DNA of 64,000 nucleotides. It comes from Tubiluchus corallicola (taxonomy: Eukaryota; Animalia; Priapulida). The stretch covers positions 58,084 to 122,083 of the forward strand of contig JAQGDQ010000634.1 of NCBI GenBank assembly GCA_030141605.1. Direction: 5' to 3'. The position numbers and the translations under genes were made by a program. Shown here piece by piece: positions 51,408 through 63,790 of this stretch. How positions within the stretch are numbered: the stretch's first letter is position 1; each line of letters starts with the position of its first letter. The notes under the pieces are model-generated. The model was not told the origin of the DNA and ran no database searches. It was given only the letters and a program-made list of their open reading frames with translations.

Positions 51408-54400
51408 ATGTCTGGCGTTAAGTGTTCGAAATGCAACCGAAAATTTCTTCAGAATGAGACGTATGAAAAGCACGTTTTAACATGTCGAGAAGGCGACAGA
51501 AAATACAGGTGCGACAGATGTGGTCAAAAGTTCTACCATCTCACTGACGTTAAAGAGCATTTAGCAAATGTTCACAAGGTCAAGAAGTACCTGCGATACA
51601 AGTGCAAGATATGTCCAGCTCGTTTCTACAAGGAATCTCGGTAAGTATAGCCAACTGAACATGGTTTTTAGGCCGTATTAGTCTGAAACGATTGATGCAC
51701 GTGCCATCGAAGACTGAATTTACAAAAAGCGTAGGCCGTATATTATCATTGACTCGAAAAATAGCATGTTAAAGGCAATGTGCAAAATCCAGACATTTTA
51801 TAAAATCCGTACATGTATTCTTTTATATAATAATTAACACGGATTAATACCTATGCATTTCGATTTCCGACAACTGTATGAAATGTGTTTTTGCCGCAAC
51901 ACTTTCAAACGTTACCTAGACGTTTTGTATTTAAGCTAGAATTTATATAGAACGCGCGGAGTAAAATAAACATAATTCGCGTTTAATCTACTTTCCTATA
52001 TATTTTATACATAGTCAAAATTGACATGTGACAGTAGACGTAGGCGTACCTGACCTTGAACTCTTGAACACCAGCTACCGTTTAGTCGCACTCAGCATGT
52101 TTCCTTTCAATATTTTAAAGAGTAGATTGTTTTGAGCTACAGTTTAAAATTGGGTCCGGTTTTGCTTTAATTAAAGGAAGGCAGGATGATTTTTCAGGTC
52201 CTATTCCATTTTGAACTATGGCAAAAACTATATATTTTACAACCTATAACAGTAGCAAAATGTTTTTGATAATTAAACATTAACCTAAAAACTGAATTAA
52301 CAGGCGGCGAACACAGCTAACGATGACGTCACAACTGAACACGATTTTCAAATGGCAAAAATATTTCGAGAGCATGTTAGCACGTGTTTACAAAAGCGAA
52401 AATTGAACTACAGCTCTATTGTTCAGTACTGACCAACTTTACACCAACTCGCTCGCAAAAACTTAAATTCCATGCTTGCTCTTATGCCAACACCCGGCTC
52501 ACAACAGAGTAGTAAAACTGAACTGCGGCGGGGGGGGGGGGGGGCCCCAGATACAGTGCGACGCGTTTCCGAGATGTAGGGGATCTATGTCCATCTAACT
52601 AACGATAAGTCATTCTTATAACTAACGTTAATCATTCTCGAAGAAACAATATTTTTTGAACGGTTTTCTTTCAGTATTTATACATTCGATGATTTTTCGC
52701 TACAGTTTACCATTCGGTGACTGACCTAATGTGCCACTCTGTGTTTCGTGGCGTTTTTCGTTAATCACGTTGATGTAGACCTTTCGGTAAAATTCAAATA
52801 CCATTCAATACACTAAGATACAGTAACAAAGCATCTCGGTCTAATGGTTTCAATGACTTCAGTCTAGTGCGAGTTATGTATCACTTATACAGTTTTTTGG
52901 CTGTGTTGGCAACAATTTTCTCCTGTTAGAATAATTATTTTGTCAAATGGGAAAAGAAAGGCCCACGTTGAGGAAGTGTTTAAAATGTCTGCGGCATTTT
53001 CGCCAGGATACACTTGAAAGACATGATATACTCGCGGAGATGATATGATTCACGAATGCTATCTATGTCGACATAGATTTTACCGTTCTCAGAATTTGAA
53101 ACGACATTTGTCAACTGTGCACAAGTTGAAGAAATGTCAGCGATTCATACGCAAGGCGTGCGGAGAGACTTTCTCCAAGCGGCAGCTGTACATATTTTGG
53201 CTTTTTGGGTGTCTTGAGTAGAGTAGAGAGTAGGCAGTATACTTTATTTTAAGTTATATCATACAAACAACAACGTCAGCTTTGAAGTACTTTGAAATGC
53301 TTAAAGTGAAAATACAGAGGCTAGTGCCATCTGTGAGGACATTAAGTTAATAATAATAAAATCCCATTAACTATGACAGTTTCCTTCACAGACGCCTTAG
53401 AAGAAAGTGTAGATGAATACATCGCGGTTAATTTCGACTTAGAAATAACTATAGATGGCGCTCAATAAAGGCACCGGCCAGATCTATCACTAACTCACTA
53501 TCCCTAGTTTGGTTATTATAGATTCGTCCATTTTGCTTTTGACATTTTTATCTTCTCACCTTATCTACTGACTTATGAACCAAAAGACAACGGGGTTTTG
53601 CTTTCCGAGCCTTCCCCATCCTATCGCTGTTCTTAGCAATAACCTAGTTTGCGATAATGGGTTCATCCATTCTGATTTTATTGTAGGATAAGCACACAGA
53701 TAGACACATAGACGTGAGAAAACGCCCTGTCCGAACAGCGACGGTTAGCTTCCTGGGAACAAAAAGCAAAATGCAATTAGCTCACCAATTATTTTACTAA
53801 CTTGATCTAGTTCAAATTAAATGTTATTTCGTGTTAATGTTGTTAGTAGGCCTGCACTAGGAATGGTGACTACCATACTCCACTATTGTGAATAATGCTG
53901 CAATATTTAAGACAAACTCTGTTACTGGTCAAAAGCATCTACCGTTCAATGTGATGCTTATGGTGATTTAATTCTTCTCTGGCTGTTGTAGATAGTTTAT
54001 TTCTGTTTAAAGTTAAGTTTTCCAAATGATAGTTTTATTGCAAAATTTTATCACGCTTAGACAAAGTTTCAATCCAGTTGCTGTCAAGTTTTGATACCAG
54101 CAGTGGCTACAGGAAGTTGGTCTGTAAAACTTTATTTTCGCGCTGTTGTTGCATTTACCTTTTACCATTTTAGGTTAGCAAACCATGTTTGCGGCAAGCG
54201 AAAAACAGCATTTTCGAAGAAAGCATTTCAGGTTCAAAAAGGTTTATTAAAGTCAAAAGTAAACACGTCAGGAAATAAAACAAACGATGAACGAGTCACC
54301 AAGTACTATTGTCTGTGTGGTTTACGGTATGAAAAATGGGAATGGTTTGAGAGACATGTGGACAGTTCCCATCGGGATAGACCTGTGCATTGCACAGGCT

Positions 54401-56795
54401 GCAAGAAAGCTAAATGCTACACTTCTGCTAAGCAAGTACGTGCACACATGCTACAATGCATTCGTTTTCATGGATATCCTACTATTTACCCCAACAATGA
54501 AGGGGAGCATGCCAACGATCAAGTAAACAATGAGACCATGTGCCAGCGACAGTCACTTGCCAAGACAAACCTCAAATATGAAAGCATCCCAGAAGTTAGC
54601 CATACTCAGCCAGATGAAAGTACTGATGCACCTTTTGCAACATTGAGGAGCATTATAACTAGTGCAACATTAACCAAAAGTGACCAGATTGTTGCAGTTA
54701 GAAATGTTCTAGACAAAAAACTGAGCGGGTTTATTGCGAAAAAAATTGAGAACATCCTGACAAACAAAACTAACATAAAAACAGAATATGAAACTGTGGA
54801 GGATTTTGGGAACTACACAGAAACAGAAAACACCATGAGAAACTTGAACATGGATAAGGATGAATCTAGTGATTGTGATAATTTTGATGATGTACCAAAT
54901 TGCCAAGTGGCCACTAAAAGCAGTGAACTTAAACAATCTAAGACTGAGATGGTTTCATGTGATAGTGTCAATACTAGCTGCTCTGAAAGAAATGAGGAGC
55001 CATTTTCAAACATGGGTTGTCAGTCATTTTCTGCATTTCCTGGCGGACAGATGTCAGGAATTTTTCCAGAGAAAAGGGTGAGCTTAATTTTAGCACGAAT
55101 TATTTTAAAGATGTTTGTAGAGTACATATACAGCTGGTATGATAAAGAAACAAAAATACTAACTATACAGCACTGCTGGAAGTCAGTCCTACTAGCCAAA
55201 TTTTGGCTTAACACACAGTGGTAGTATTCTACCAACCCCTTCAGGTAAGTCAACATAATTTCCAAGGACCATAGTGATGTTCTCCCTCCTATCACTACCA
55301 ACAGATGACTCAAAAGTATAACGTGAAATTTTCATTATGTTTTTCAGCCTAACACCTTATTGACCATCAGTTTCAAAGTCAAAATCAAGAGCTTCATATG
55401 ACCATTCATCTGATAGTGTTGCATGACCAGTGTAACAAGCTTTTTTGGCTTGGTTTCAGATAAATAGCCTTGAGATATAATAATGCGCATTGGTATAAAT
55501 TATATGCATTATTAACTCCCTAGTGAAAAGCGACCTTGAATGTCAATGTCAAGATCAACTGTATTGTCTCTTTTAGTAGTTTACTTATCTTAAGCTCAAA
55601 GCGAAAATATTAGCATAGTGCAAAACAGTGAAGCCAGTAGGTTTGTGATTAAATTTGGGATAATAAATGAATTCTTGGCTATTTTAGATATACATAAGAA
55701 ACTTTAACATTATCGAAAAATTAAATTAAAAGGTGAAATTTTGCAAAAATTTAGTTCTGCCTTTCTGTCATTTTGAAAATGTGCAAAAAGTTTGTCGTTA
55801 ATGTTGGTGTAGAGCCGGTGTTGTGTACTGCATCAACAGTAATGGCCAATGTGGACAAGTGTCAGCTAAAAATGCTAAAAGACTTGAAGAAATGTGTTGA
55901 TTATAATGTTGCCCTGTGATGATCAAATACTGAAAAAATAAACATACTCTAAAGGGCATAGGTAGCATGACAATCCCTAATTATAATCTTTTTGTTTCCA
56001 GAGGGTCTTAGAAGAGCTGTAGGTATGCTGTTTTAAATGCAGCGCATAAGGTGTACACATCTTTTGCACATCATGCAATTCTTTTGTTTGGGTATGAATC
56101 CTGCCTGAAGTGTCTGGGACAGAATTTACCAGATTAACTAGTATATCAGGAGGGTTTGAACCAGCTGTAACCCTGTAGCATGCTTCTTTTGGGGCACTTT
56201 GAAACCCGGTAAGCACGACACGAACTCTGTATAGCATTGACCCTAAAAAAGGGCAGAAATACTTTGAATATAGTTTTAAAACTAGACCACTGTGCCACAT
56301 CTGCAACTTAAACTCATAACTTAACTAATGTTCTTGTCAAGCTTTGAGCAAACCAACTTACTGTTGATTCTTAATTTTCTGATCTTAATTTTTCCCATTT
56401 TACTTATCTAGGTGGCCTGTGCGAAACCACAAACTAGGTCCACGTTCATTCATCAGACTCAGCTGTGCCGTTCCTGTGGCAAGATTTACTCTGATGGTAA
56501 CTTCTACGCCATTGAGCCAGAAGACCTCTGCGAATGTCAGTATCAGTTTTTGTGTAAACTTTGTCAAACATCTTTCAAACGAGTGGTTGAGCTACGGCAA
56601 CATCTAGTAGATCAGCACATTTTCCGTACATGTTTGTGTGGCATACCTTTTGCAAATGTGTCGTTGTTAGAATCACATCGAGAGTATGGAATGTGCCCTG
56701 CTGAAATCATTCCTGTGAACCATGTGACTTTTGAGTTGAACACTGATTGTTTCACAATGATCAGAGCACCTCCTGAAAGTAAAGCGCTACTGTGA
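51408..56795 (+). CDS. Multi-zinc-finger protein (C2H2/C2HC), 3 exons, about 506 aa
   Basis: Exons 51408-51640 (cg|gtaag), 54174-55077 (ttttag|g ... agg|gtgag), 56412-56795 (ctag|GTG...TGA); splicing completes the finger CKICPARFYKESR-LANHVC; other fingers CDRC..H..VH, CLCG..H...H, CTGC..H...C, CKLC..H...H. Confidence 0.8.
52947..53187 (+). pseudogene. Paralogous copy of zinc-finger exon 1, frameshifted
   Basis: MGKERPTLRKCLKCLRHFRQDTLERH / frameshift / ECYLCRHRFYRSQNLKRHLSTVHKLKKCQRFIRKACGETFSKRQL; ends in phase 2 before gt, like exon 1. Confidence 0.75.
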
Positions 56796-57718
56796 AAGAT
56801 TGCTGAACTGCAAATCTGACTTAGATTTTGTCATGTGTTTTTGAAAGCAAGTGCCTGTATAACTTAATGGCAAGTGTACTGAACAATAATTCTATCATGT
56901 TGGGAATTTCTTGAACGAGTAGATATATTGGCAATAAAAGTAGATAGACATACATGTAGGTACATACATAGGAAAGCGGGGGTAACAGAGTATATTGCTA
57001 ATATAAAAGGCACATGCAAGGCTTATTGTTTGTTTTTAATTTTCTCTCTTTCAGTTAAAGCAACGTGATCAGTAAATTACGTGTTCTTTAATTTTTGCAC
57101 AAACTTTCAAGCACAAGTATAAAATACAAATATTTCTGTTTGTAACTTTTTTCTCACTTCATAACTTGTGTTATATGTACATAGTTGACTCAAACATTAG
57201 TAAAATAGTTTGTTTTTATAACACATGTATTATTTCATTTATTACCATTAATATAGAACAGTTTTACTTTATCGCACGTGCTCTAATTATCTCAAGATCA
57301 CTTTTAAGTTTGTTAGGCAGACTGCCTTAAAACATACACAGTCAAAATTGTTCACAAAAATTTTGATTCGATCGATACCGTATTTGCAGTAAATTTTATA
57401 ATTATCTGTTATTTCATTACACTCAGTATTATAACGCTTTTGTATGTTTAAATAAATTGTACGATTTTTCAAATTATATTTGCTGTAATAGAAATAATAT
57501 CAAAGTCATTTGTTTGGTAACAGTTTACTTTTCAGTATGTCTTGTGCACTATTTGGAGATCCAGTTAAGTCTTAAAATCCAATGAAGCATGGTAATAAGA
57601 GCTTTTGTTTTAATGCAAATTTTTTAATTTGTTTTTTTTTTCAATTCCGTGCTTTTAACGGATTTTAATTACCGTTTGTCAACTCGATATCGAAAACGTG
57701 TATATCATCAAAGCCAGA

Positions 57719-57915
57719 CTAAAGCAGAAAGTGCTTTGCGACTTTAAATGTGCTAGAGCAAAAATTTCGCCACCTCACAAACATCGTTTGTTGAGAGTAG
57801 TAAAAGGCTAATAATCGTATAATGATGTTGGGCATATTGGTATCGAACAGTTTTAGAAACAGTGTATAGTAGTTTACCTGATCAAAAGCTTTAGATGCAT
57901 CTAAGAACAATATGT
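57719..57915 (-). mobile_element. Non-LTR (L2-like) reverse transcriptase fragment
   Basis: FLDASKAFDQVNY..LF.KL...RLL..YY..Q...VRW. Confidence 0.75.
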
Positions 57916-58644
57916 CTATCACCCTCTAATTTTATCGTATAGTAATTTGCCGTATAGAGTGACCTTCATTAATTGAATTAATTAATCGAATAATTAATGA
58001 TTTGGATTCGCTTATCGATTGCTTACAGGTAACTGATCGGTCATCGATTATCCGACTCCGAGGGCTTTAGTTCAGTTGCTAAGGCAATGATCTGTCCTAC
58101 ACGACTTTCACCTTGACCTTGCGTTGTGAGTCAGATCTTTATCCCTCAAGTTTACAAGCTTAGCTCTCGCAAATGAGCTCTTATTACACTGCGAATCGCT
58201 TCAGGTTCGAATCCAGGATCTAGTGTTGCGATTATGTGTTACCGATAACGCTTTAAACATTCACAAACTCAATGTCTAAGTTAATACAGCGAATAGACTT
58301 TATTGAACTTTACAGTTTACAATTTAATCACCTCTGGTTCCAATACAAGATTTGCCCTTATACGCCGGTGGGCGTTTACAACTAATGTCTAGCTCCAGAG
58401 AAGATGCTATCCACTTACTGATCTACGATATTGGTATGATGCACTGAAGGTGCTTAATTCATACAACATTTCGGTTACAACTGTATCAGATACAAAATAC
58501 AAAATAGATAAGTTAAAACACTTAACTTGCGGATTGGCCAATGTACCACTGCTATTGGCCAAATCCCTGTTTCGTATCGAGACTACGTAGCACCAGTGCT
58601 CAGTCTATGCTAAGTACGTAGATTGTTCCTCCACGCTGGGCCAA
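57915..58644 (-). mobile_element. 3' half of an LTR in inverted orientation, same family as 37007-38420, interrupted at 58645
   Basis: Reverse complement matches 37700-38400 (cccagcgtgga, agactgagcactggtg, ccaccggcgtataag, ctcacaacgcaaggtc, ctgaactaaagccctcgga). Confidence 0.75.
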
Positions 58645-60730
58645 TGTTATGAATAAATTTCGGAATCATTAATTTAGTGATTAATTAATGGATTTATCAA
58701 CTTCATTAGATTATGTTGATAAAGCGGATACCCCCTGATTGGATTAGATAAATTTATTGATAGATTATGGGAACTCACTTAGCTGGTTAAAGCACGATAT
58801 TTAATGCGACGCAAATTATCTTCACAGAGGTGTTTGTGTTTACTAGAAGTAGAACAGGTGTTCATTTAAGAAAGCGTAAGAGCTTGTCGCAGGTGTTCAG
58901 TTTGGAGAAGCGAAGCTTGTTTTTATAACTTTGCGTAAAGTTAGATAAAAGCCTAATGTAATGTTACGTAGAGTTGCCTGCAATTATTAAGAAATAGCGA
59001 AGAGTGGATTTCTTTGAAAGAAAGGTTTATGGCCGAAGCGAAGCAGAGAGCAATCTCTGAGAGTTGGATGATGTGAAGGATGAAGGGCCAAGTAGCGGTT
59101 TTTCTCATGCAAGAAGCTATGTTAACAAGCCACCTGGGTGGTTGTAAACTTTACGCCAAGGGTATCACCTTTGAACTATTGCGACATATTACGGTTTAGC
59201 GGGAAAGTCCCGAATGCTCAGTTTGGGTATATAAGCCGATGTCTTGAGGAACACGTGGTTAGTTAGTTAGTTGGTCGGGAGTCATTCGGAGAGAGTCAGA
59301 CGAGAGTTGGTTGTGAACCACGTGCCAAGTTCAGAGAGAGAGGCTACTGGAATTCTGAAAGAAGCAGAGACGTTAGACCAGCGTAGACAACCATCTGCGT
59401 ACTCAACTAATTGAGCACTGGATCTGCGATTTAGTCTTGCATCAGAATTGGATTTGACCAATTGAACAGTCTTCAGATTGGTCATTCCACCGAGTTAAGT
59501 AATCTTAACATATCGTAACTTGAGAGCAACTCTGCATAGTAATAGTTCACAGTGTAGTAGACACCTTAAGTGTAACATTCAGTTTGATTGTAATTGCATA
59601 CTTCACATTGTAATTTGCACCTTAAGTGTGGCATAAGAAAATAGTTAAGTGAGTCTATTTAGTGTCTCTTGGAGCTAAATATTATTTGTGAGCGTCTAGC
59701 GGCGACTAGGATCAAATCTTGTAATATCATTTAGCTAAGAGTAATAGTTGTAAAACAATAAATGATTTCACTTTAACTTAAAGGACTAGTTCATGTATGC
59801 TTATAGGTGTTTCAGTTAAGCAACCTTAAATTTGATAACGAACCTGAGGATTTGCTGTGTACTTATCATTAATTTAATTTACAAGTTCAATTGCGGGAAC
59901 TAAGCTAGTAAGCTTTAGAGATAAAGACTTTAATCACAACGCGAAGTCGTAGAAATAGTCTTGTAGGACAAGATCATAGCCCTATAGACTAATCTTAAGC
60001 TCTAGGAGCCAGGTTATAAATTACCTTTTAGCGATTAATGAAATAAGAAGCGAATCAATCTATAAACAAGTCGTGTGGTATTTCAAGTCACGTGCTATAC
60101 GATCACGAGATATAATAATTAACAATTATCAGAGAGATTAATCACATATGATAACGGGTACCTAATAATAGGGCTAATTAGAAGAGGACACAATAACTGG
60201 TGCCGTGCTGCGGATTTTTGTGTTTTGCTTAACTATTGTAATTATTATTGTTTGTGAACTATATTATAGTCTATATTGGATAAGTTGTAAACTGTGAACT
60301 GCTTGCATTACTCTCAGGTGTTGTCACAATTGAAAAGTGAAAGTTACGATCGGAGAAAGCTGGGACACAGTTGGAGTTCAATTGGAGGGACAATTACAGA
60401 GGCGGTTCTAGACGATATTGGAGACCCCAAACCAAACCAAATTGGTAGGTGGATTTTATTGTCAAAGGTGTTAACAACCCGGAATATTGTTTTAGGAAAA
60501 TTTTGTGTTGCGATAAATTGTGTAAATTATGTCGGACCCTCAGGAATTAATAAGTGAAGCTCAAATTGAGAGCTGGATCAGGTCTGGGAGTCTGCCGGAC
60601 GGATGGTTAGAGCAACAGAGCTCAGAAGTTCAAGCTTTACACGTGGTTATTTTAAGACGTATACGAGACGAGGAACGTAATGCTGAAAGTAGCCAACTCC
60701 CTAAAAAGACGACTAACCCAGAGGTACACA
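58645..60730 (+). mobile_element. 5' part of an LTR retrotransposon: about 1.55 kb LTR, primer binding site, leader and putative gag start
   Basis: TG start at 58645; TATATAA about 59228; AATAAA 59757; PBS at 60198; ATG 60529 MSDPQEL... ORF cut by the R2 element. Confidence 0.7.
60198..60215 (+). promoter_or_regulatory. Primer binding site complementary to tRNA-His
   Basis: TGGTGCCGTGctgCGGAT versus the complement of the eukaryotic tRNA-His 3' end, TGGTGCCGTGACTCGGAT. Confidence 0.7.
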
Positions 60731-63700
60731 GCTCTGCTCAAATGGGTGGGGCTGTACCCATTATGGTGGAGAGAGCGACTTGGCTCTCATCTCAGTTAGG
60801 TGCTATTACCGATCAATGGGCAATCGACTGTCGAGCAAGCCGTACTCCTAATCCTTACGAGGGTGCCAACCAGCCACATTTTATAACTAAGTGGCTTAGG
60901 AGAGTGCAGGTAGTGCCACTTATGGCTTAAGCTTGCTGGGTAACAAGCTTACAAAGGTTGCGGACTGGCCGGAGGTTGGGAGGGCAACCTCCCAGTCTGA
61001 GTTGCAAGTCGTGCTCCTACCCATCACGACCTCACGGATATGCACCATACCTCAGGGCGGCCCGGCTCCCAGTCGGGCGGAGGAGAAGAAACTGTCCAGC
61101 CGCTGGGTCTCGGCATAGGACCCCTCCATGAGGGGCTAACAACCCCAAATGGTAGAACTATTAATCTGTTACAGAAAACAATAGTGATATAGCCGGCTTG
61201 GTTTTGGGAAACGGCGAGGTTGCGCGAGAAACCTCGACCGCGACTAATGGTACGTTAAAGGACAACGATACTGATAAACGGATTAAACTCAAATATCCTG
61301 CGCAGGTCAGCGACAGCTGTCCTGTATGTGGGAAGGCGATTCCCGACTGGAAGTCGGCGAAATCGCACGTGAAGTTTAGCCATGGATTGGGCATCCATAG
61401 GCTGACATTTGAATGTGAAGTGTGAAAAACTGTGGCCATCATACTCGAGTGCTAGTACCCATTACAGGTACTGCTCCCGGAGAGTGGCAAGCGAGGGGAC
61501 TGAACCGCCTCAGGGTGGTGCACACAGCTGTCCAGAATGCTCCCGTACCTTTAACACTCATGCGGGATGCCAACAGCACCGTCAATGTGCACACCCTGCC
61601 GAATATAACAGCAGTCTCCCTGGACCCAGGGAGAAATGGGCAGGTGGTTCAGGTACCCTGTGGACGGATGATGAAATGAGGCTAATGGCCGAACAGGAAC
61701 TTGAGTTCCTAGGAAGGGAAACATCTGTTAAGGGGCTCAACAAGTTTCTCCACGAGAAGCTGCCTCACCGCACAGTTGGGGCCATAGCCACAATGAGGAA
61801 GTCTGTATGCTACCGCACTCTAAGAGATGGGTTAAGAACTGCCGAGGTAAATGTTAACGAAATGGCAAGGAGAGAGCATCGAGTTGATGGACCACAACCC
61901 GGTGTGAGGGCAAGCCGGGAACCCGGTGAGGAACAGCTGGCAAACCGGGACACACTTAGAGAAAGTATCGAAAGGGATATAGAAACTGGAAATATGCAAA
62001 ATCGTAGTGACATGGTTGCGGCTCTGGCATTCGCTAGAGCTGCATTGGGAGGTGGCGATTTGGATGGGGCCTTTCAGGCACTGAGTGAGGCATGGTTCCC
62101 GGTGGACACCCCTCCACAACCAGCCAGACCTCGTCCTGTTAGGAGAGCTCCTGATCAACCCGCTAACCACCAAAAACGCAGGAGGGAAAGGTATAAGACG
62201 TACCAGAGACTGTATCAAAGAGACAGACGCAAGCTTACGAACGTCGTACTCGATGATGCACCCCTGGAAGTCAAGTATCCTCCCATTGACTGCATCGAGC
62301 AAACGTACATCCAGAGATTCGAGAAACCTTCCCTACCGGACGACGAACCCATCGAGGACTTCAAACCGTGTGAAGATTCAGACAGCCTCTGTGCTCCAAT
62401 AGCACAAGAGGAAGTGGCAAAAACATTCAAAGCCATGAAGTCCAATTCGTCTCCTGGTCCGGATAGGGGGGTCACGATGAAAGCCCTCCGGAGGGTAAGC
62501 AAGGGTGCGATAACCCTTGTCTTCAAGGTATGGCAATTCCTAAAGAAGGTCCCAAACAGCCTGAAGGAATGCCGTACCACCCTCCTCCCCAAGTCTGCTG
62601 AGGGCTTGCAGGACGTCAGTAACTGGCGGCCTATCACAATCGGATCCCTATTGCTCAGGTGGTATGCCAAGATTCTGACCACCAGAATCCAGGCAACGGT
62701 CAAGCTCACCCCACTCCAGAGAGCCTTCCAACCAAGAAACGGCTGTTCCGAAAACCTGACTCTCCTAAACACCGTGATTCGGCATGCCCGAGCAAGTCAC
62801 AGGGAATTCGCATTCCTTGACTTAGCAAAGGCATTCGACACGGTACCTCACACCTCGATCGTGAGGGCAATGCGAAGGTTCGGCCTTCCAAAGCAGGTTC
62901 AGCAAATCATTGGGGATATGTATACGGGTCCTGCTACACGGATATCGACACCGGAAACAAGTACCCGTCGTATTAGCATCACGTCAGGTGTTAAGCAGGG
63001 ATGCCCGCTATCACCCCTGCTTTTCAACCTGGTAATCGACGAACTGATCTCGAAAGTCGGTTCTCGATTTGGCTATGGGATCGACGAGCACCAAGTGGCT
63101 ATAGTTGGTTTTGCCGTCGACCTAGTCCTAATGTCAGCCTCAAAACATGGCATGGGAGTTTTGTTGGAGACAGCCAATGGCTTCTTCACGAAACGAGGCA
63201 TGACATTAAACACCAACAAATGCAAAGCCATGAGGCTAGTCAAGGCATACCGGCGAAAGGCTATGAAAGTGCTAATAGAACCCACATGGGAGATCAGCCA
63301 GACTCCTATTCCAATGCTGGGAGTCAGTGATACATACAAATACCTGGGAATTCCCATGACTGCTAAGGGACGACCCACCATGTACACCAAGTCCCTTAAA
63401 GCATGGCTTATAAGAGTGGAAGGGGCACCACTCAAACCTCAACAAAAGGTGGATATGATCAGACAATATGTGATTCCGCGTCTGACATACCACTTTCGTA
63501 TGTGAGGTTCATATGAATGGCCTCAAGGGAGCAGACAGGCTTATAAGATCAAGCCTAAAACGTATACTTCACATGGCGAGGGATGTCCCGAATGCATTCT
63601 TCTACATGCCAATGAAGAAGGGAGGGCTGGGATTTTCTTGTCTTGAAAAGGATGTTCCTTTGATGAAAGTCAAGATGCTCAGCCGATTGCAGGCCTCACC

Positions 63701-63790
63701 AGATCCGCTGGTGAACATGAGTGCATCTGCTCCAGTGTGGAATAGGGAGCTTGAGTGGGCTGAGGGTGGCGAGCCTCGAAGCCTACAGTA
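60730..63790 (+). mobile_element. R2-clade non-LTR retrotransposon (three zinc fingers + Myb + RT), inactivated; RLE endonuclease region absent here; 5' boundary approximate
   Basis: CPVC..H..SH, CEV/CEK..H..YC, CPEC..H..AH; Myb-like WTDDEMRLMA...LPHRT..AI; SSPGPD, NWRPITIGS, LDLAKAFDTVPH, GVKQGCPLSPLLFN, FAVD (for FADD), YKYLG, PLKPQQK, GGLG; frameshifts near 61420 and 63505. Confidence 0.88.

Noticed and set aside
60690-60696. TAGCCAA resembling the 28S R2 target
   Set aside because: Only 7 nt, on the wrong side of the element, no surrounding rDNA similarity.
60529-60930. 133-aa ORF as an independent gene
   Set aside because: Appears chimeric: putative gag start reading into the structured R2 leader.
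61110-61146. HDV-like ribozyme (P4 hairpin followed by CTAA)
   Set aside because: No matching P3/L3 (TCCTCG-type) or P1 pairing found by eye; left as an open test, not a call.
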